Part shown: piece by piece, positions 63,500 to 64,000 of the stretch
Layout: each line of letters opens with the position of its first letter
How positions within the stretch are numbered: the first letter of the stretch is position 1
Source: Mytilus edulis
Lineage: Eukaryota
NCBI RefSeq assembly: GCF_963676685.1
Contig: NC_092344.1
Location: 6,076,001 to 6,140,000 of the forward strand
Length of the DNA stretch: 64,000 nt
Direction: 5' to 3'
Program-made: the position numbers and the translations under genes
The notes under the pieces: model-generated
The model's input: the letters and a program-made list of their open reading frames with translations, nothing else
What the model was told of the DNA's origin: nothing
The model's database searches: none

Positions 63500-64000
63500 G
63501 CATAAATAATGTTGGGCTTTTGTTTTTTTTGTTGGTGAGGTTTTTGTAAGCCGTGTGAAACTTTATCACGGTCACTGTTTCCAAGAGGTGATATAGTTTA
63601 CATCTATTGAGTTGTAAACAGCTCATCTAAGGTGTTGTCCCCCTGGTTGGTTTATCTACCATCTGATGTATGTAAAGAACGCGTAATGAATATCTCGTCA
63701 TGTTTTTTGAGTACCCTGTGTTGTGTAATTTTTCCAGTCAATATCTTGTTAGTTGAAATCTCTACCAACGATGAAAATTCTACTTTTTTGCGTAGATCAG
63801 TAATGTACGGTATTGTGGTGTTTGCAGTTTGTTGATCGAGCCTATTTGGTGGTCTATATTAGCAGGTTATTATGGTTTTCTTTTTCTGGTTTATGTTGAC
63901 GCTCCTAGATAAAAGTTCAGTGTTTCCCCGACTAAAAATGGGTAATGTCTTGTTGCTTAACCAAGTTTCTGTCCCTAAGATGATGAGTATGCGTGCGGAC
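63500..64000 (-). mobile_element. Decayed non-LTR (CR1/L2/Jockey-type LINE) apurinic-like endonuclease domain, runs off the window
   Basis: Ordered EEP motifs across stops and frameshifts: IILGTETWL, YRPPN, VGRDFN*QDIDW, QMVDKPTRG, NTLDELFT, PLGNSDR. Confidence 0.85.

Noticed and set aside
1-64000. Prokaryotic or viral system (operon, defence island, prophage)
   Set aside because: Very low coding density, spliceosomal introns and animal repeat families; no such genes seen.

Overview
AT-rich, intron-containing animal genomic DNA. The interspersed repeats look like those of mytilid bivalves (Mytilus-like); this is recognition from memory, not a database result. Almost none of the supplied ORFs look like real genes. 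The one well-supported protein gene is missed by the ORF track: a 4-exon GADD45 on the minus strand (join 37527-37484, 36642-36535, 36139-36022, 35773-35603; 146 aa; GT-AG introns). The most interesting system is RNA-based. The window carries many type I hammerhead-ribozyme retroelements (retrozymes) from at least two families. One is a complete 355-nt monomer bracketed by two identical ribozymes (12622-13083) that could release a circularisable RNA. The two families share a covarying C(UUCG)G hairpin, and a decayed Penelope-like reverse transcriptase fragment (the kind of element thought to mobilise retrozymes) lies next to one copy. Retrozymes as a class are already known in metazoans, including mussels, so any novelty is at the locus or variant level. 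The rest is SINE-like repeats, tRNA-derived elements, TIR transposons and MITEs (Tc1/mariner-like, PIF/Harbinger-like, and a 3-kb CMC/EnSpm-like element carrying a 42-bp satellite), a 56-bp tandem array, a LINE endonuclease remnant, and old local duplications, some with traces of former coding sequence. Repeat boundaries were read by eye and are approximate unless a TSD is quoted.
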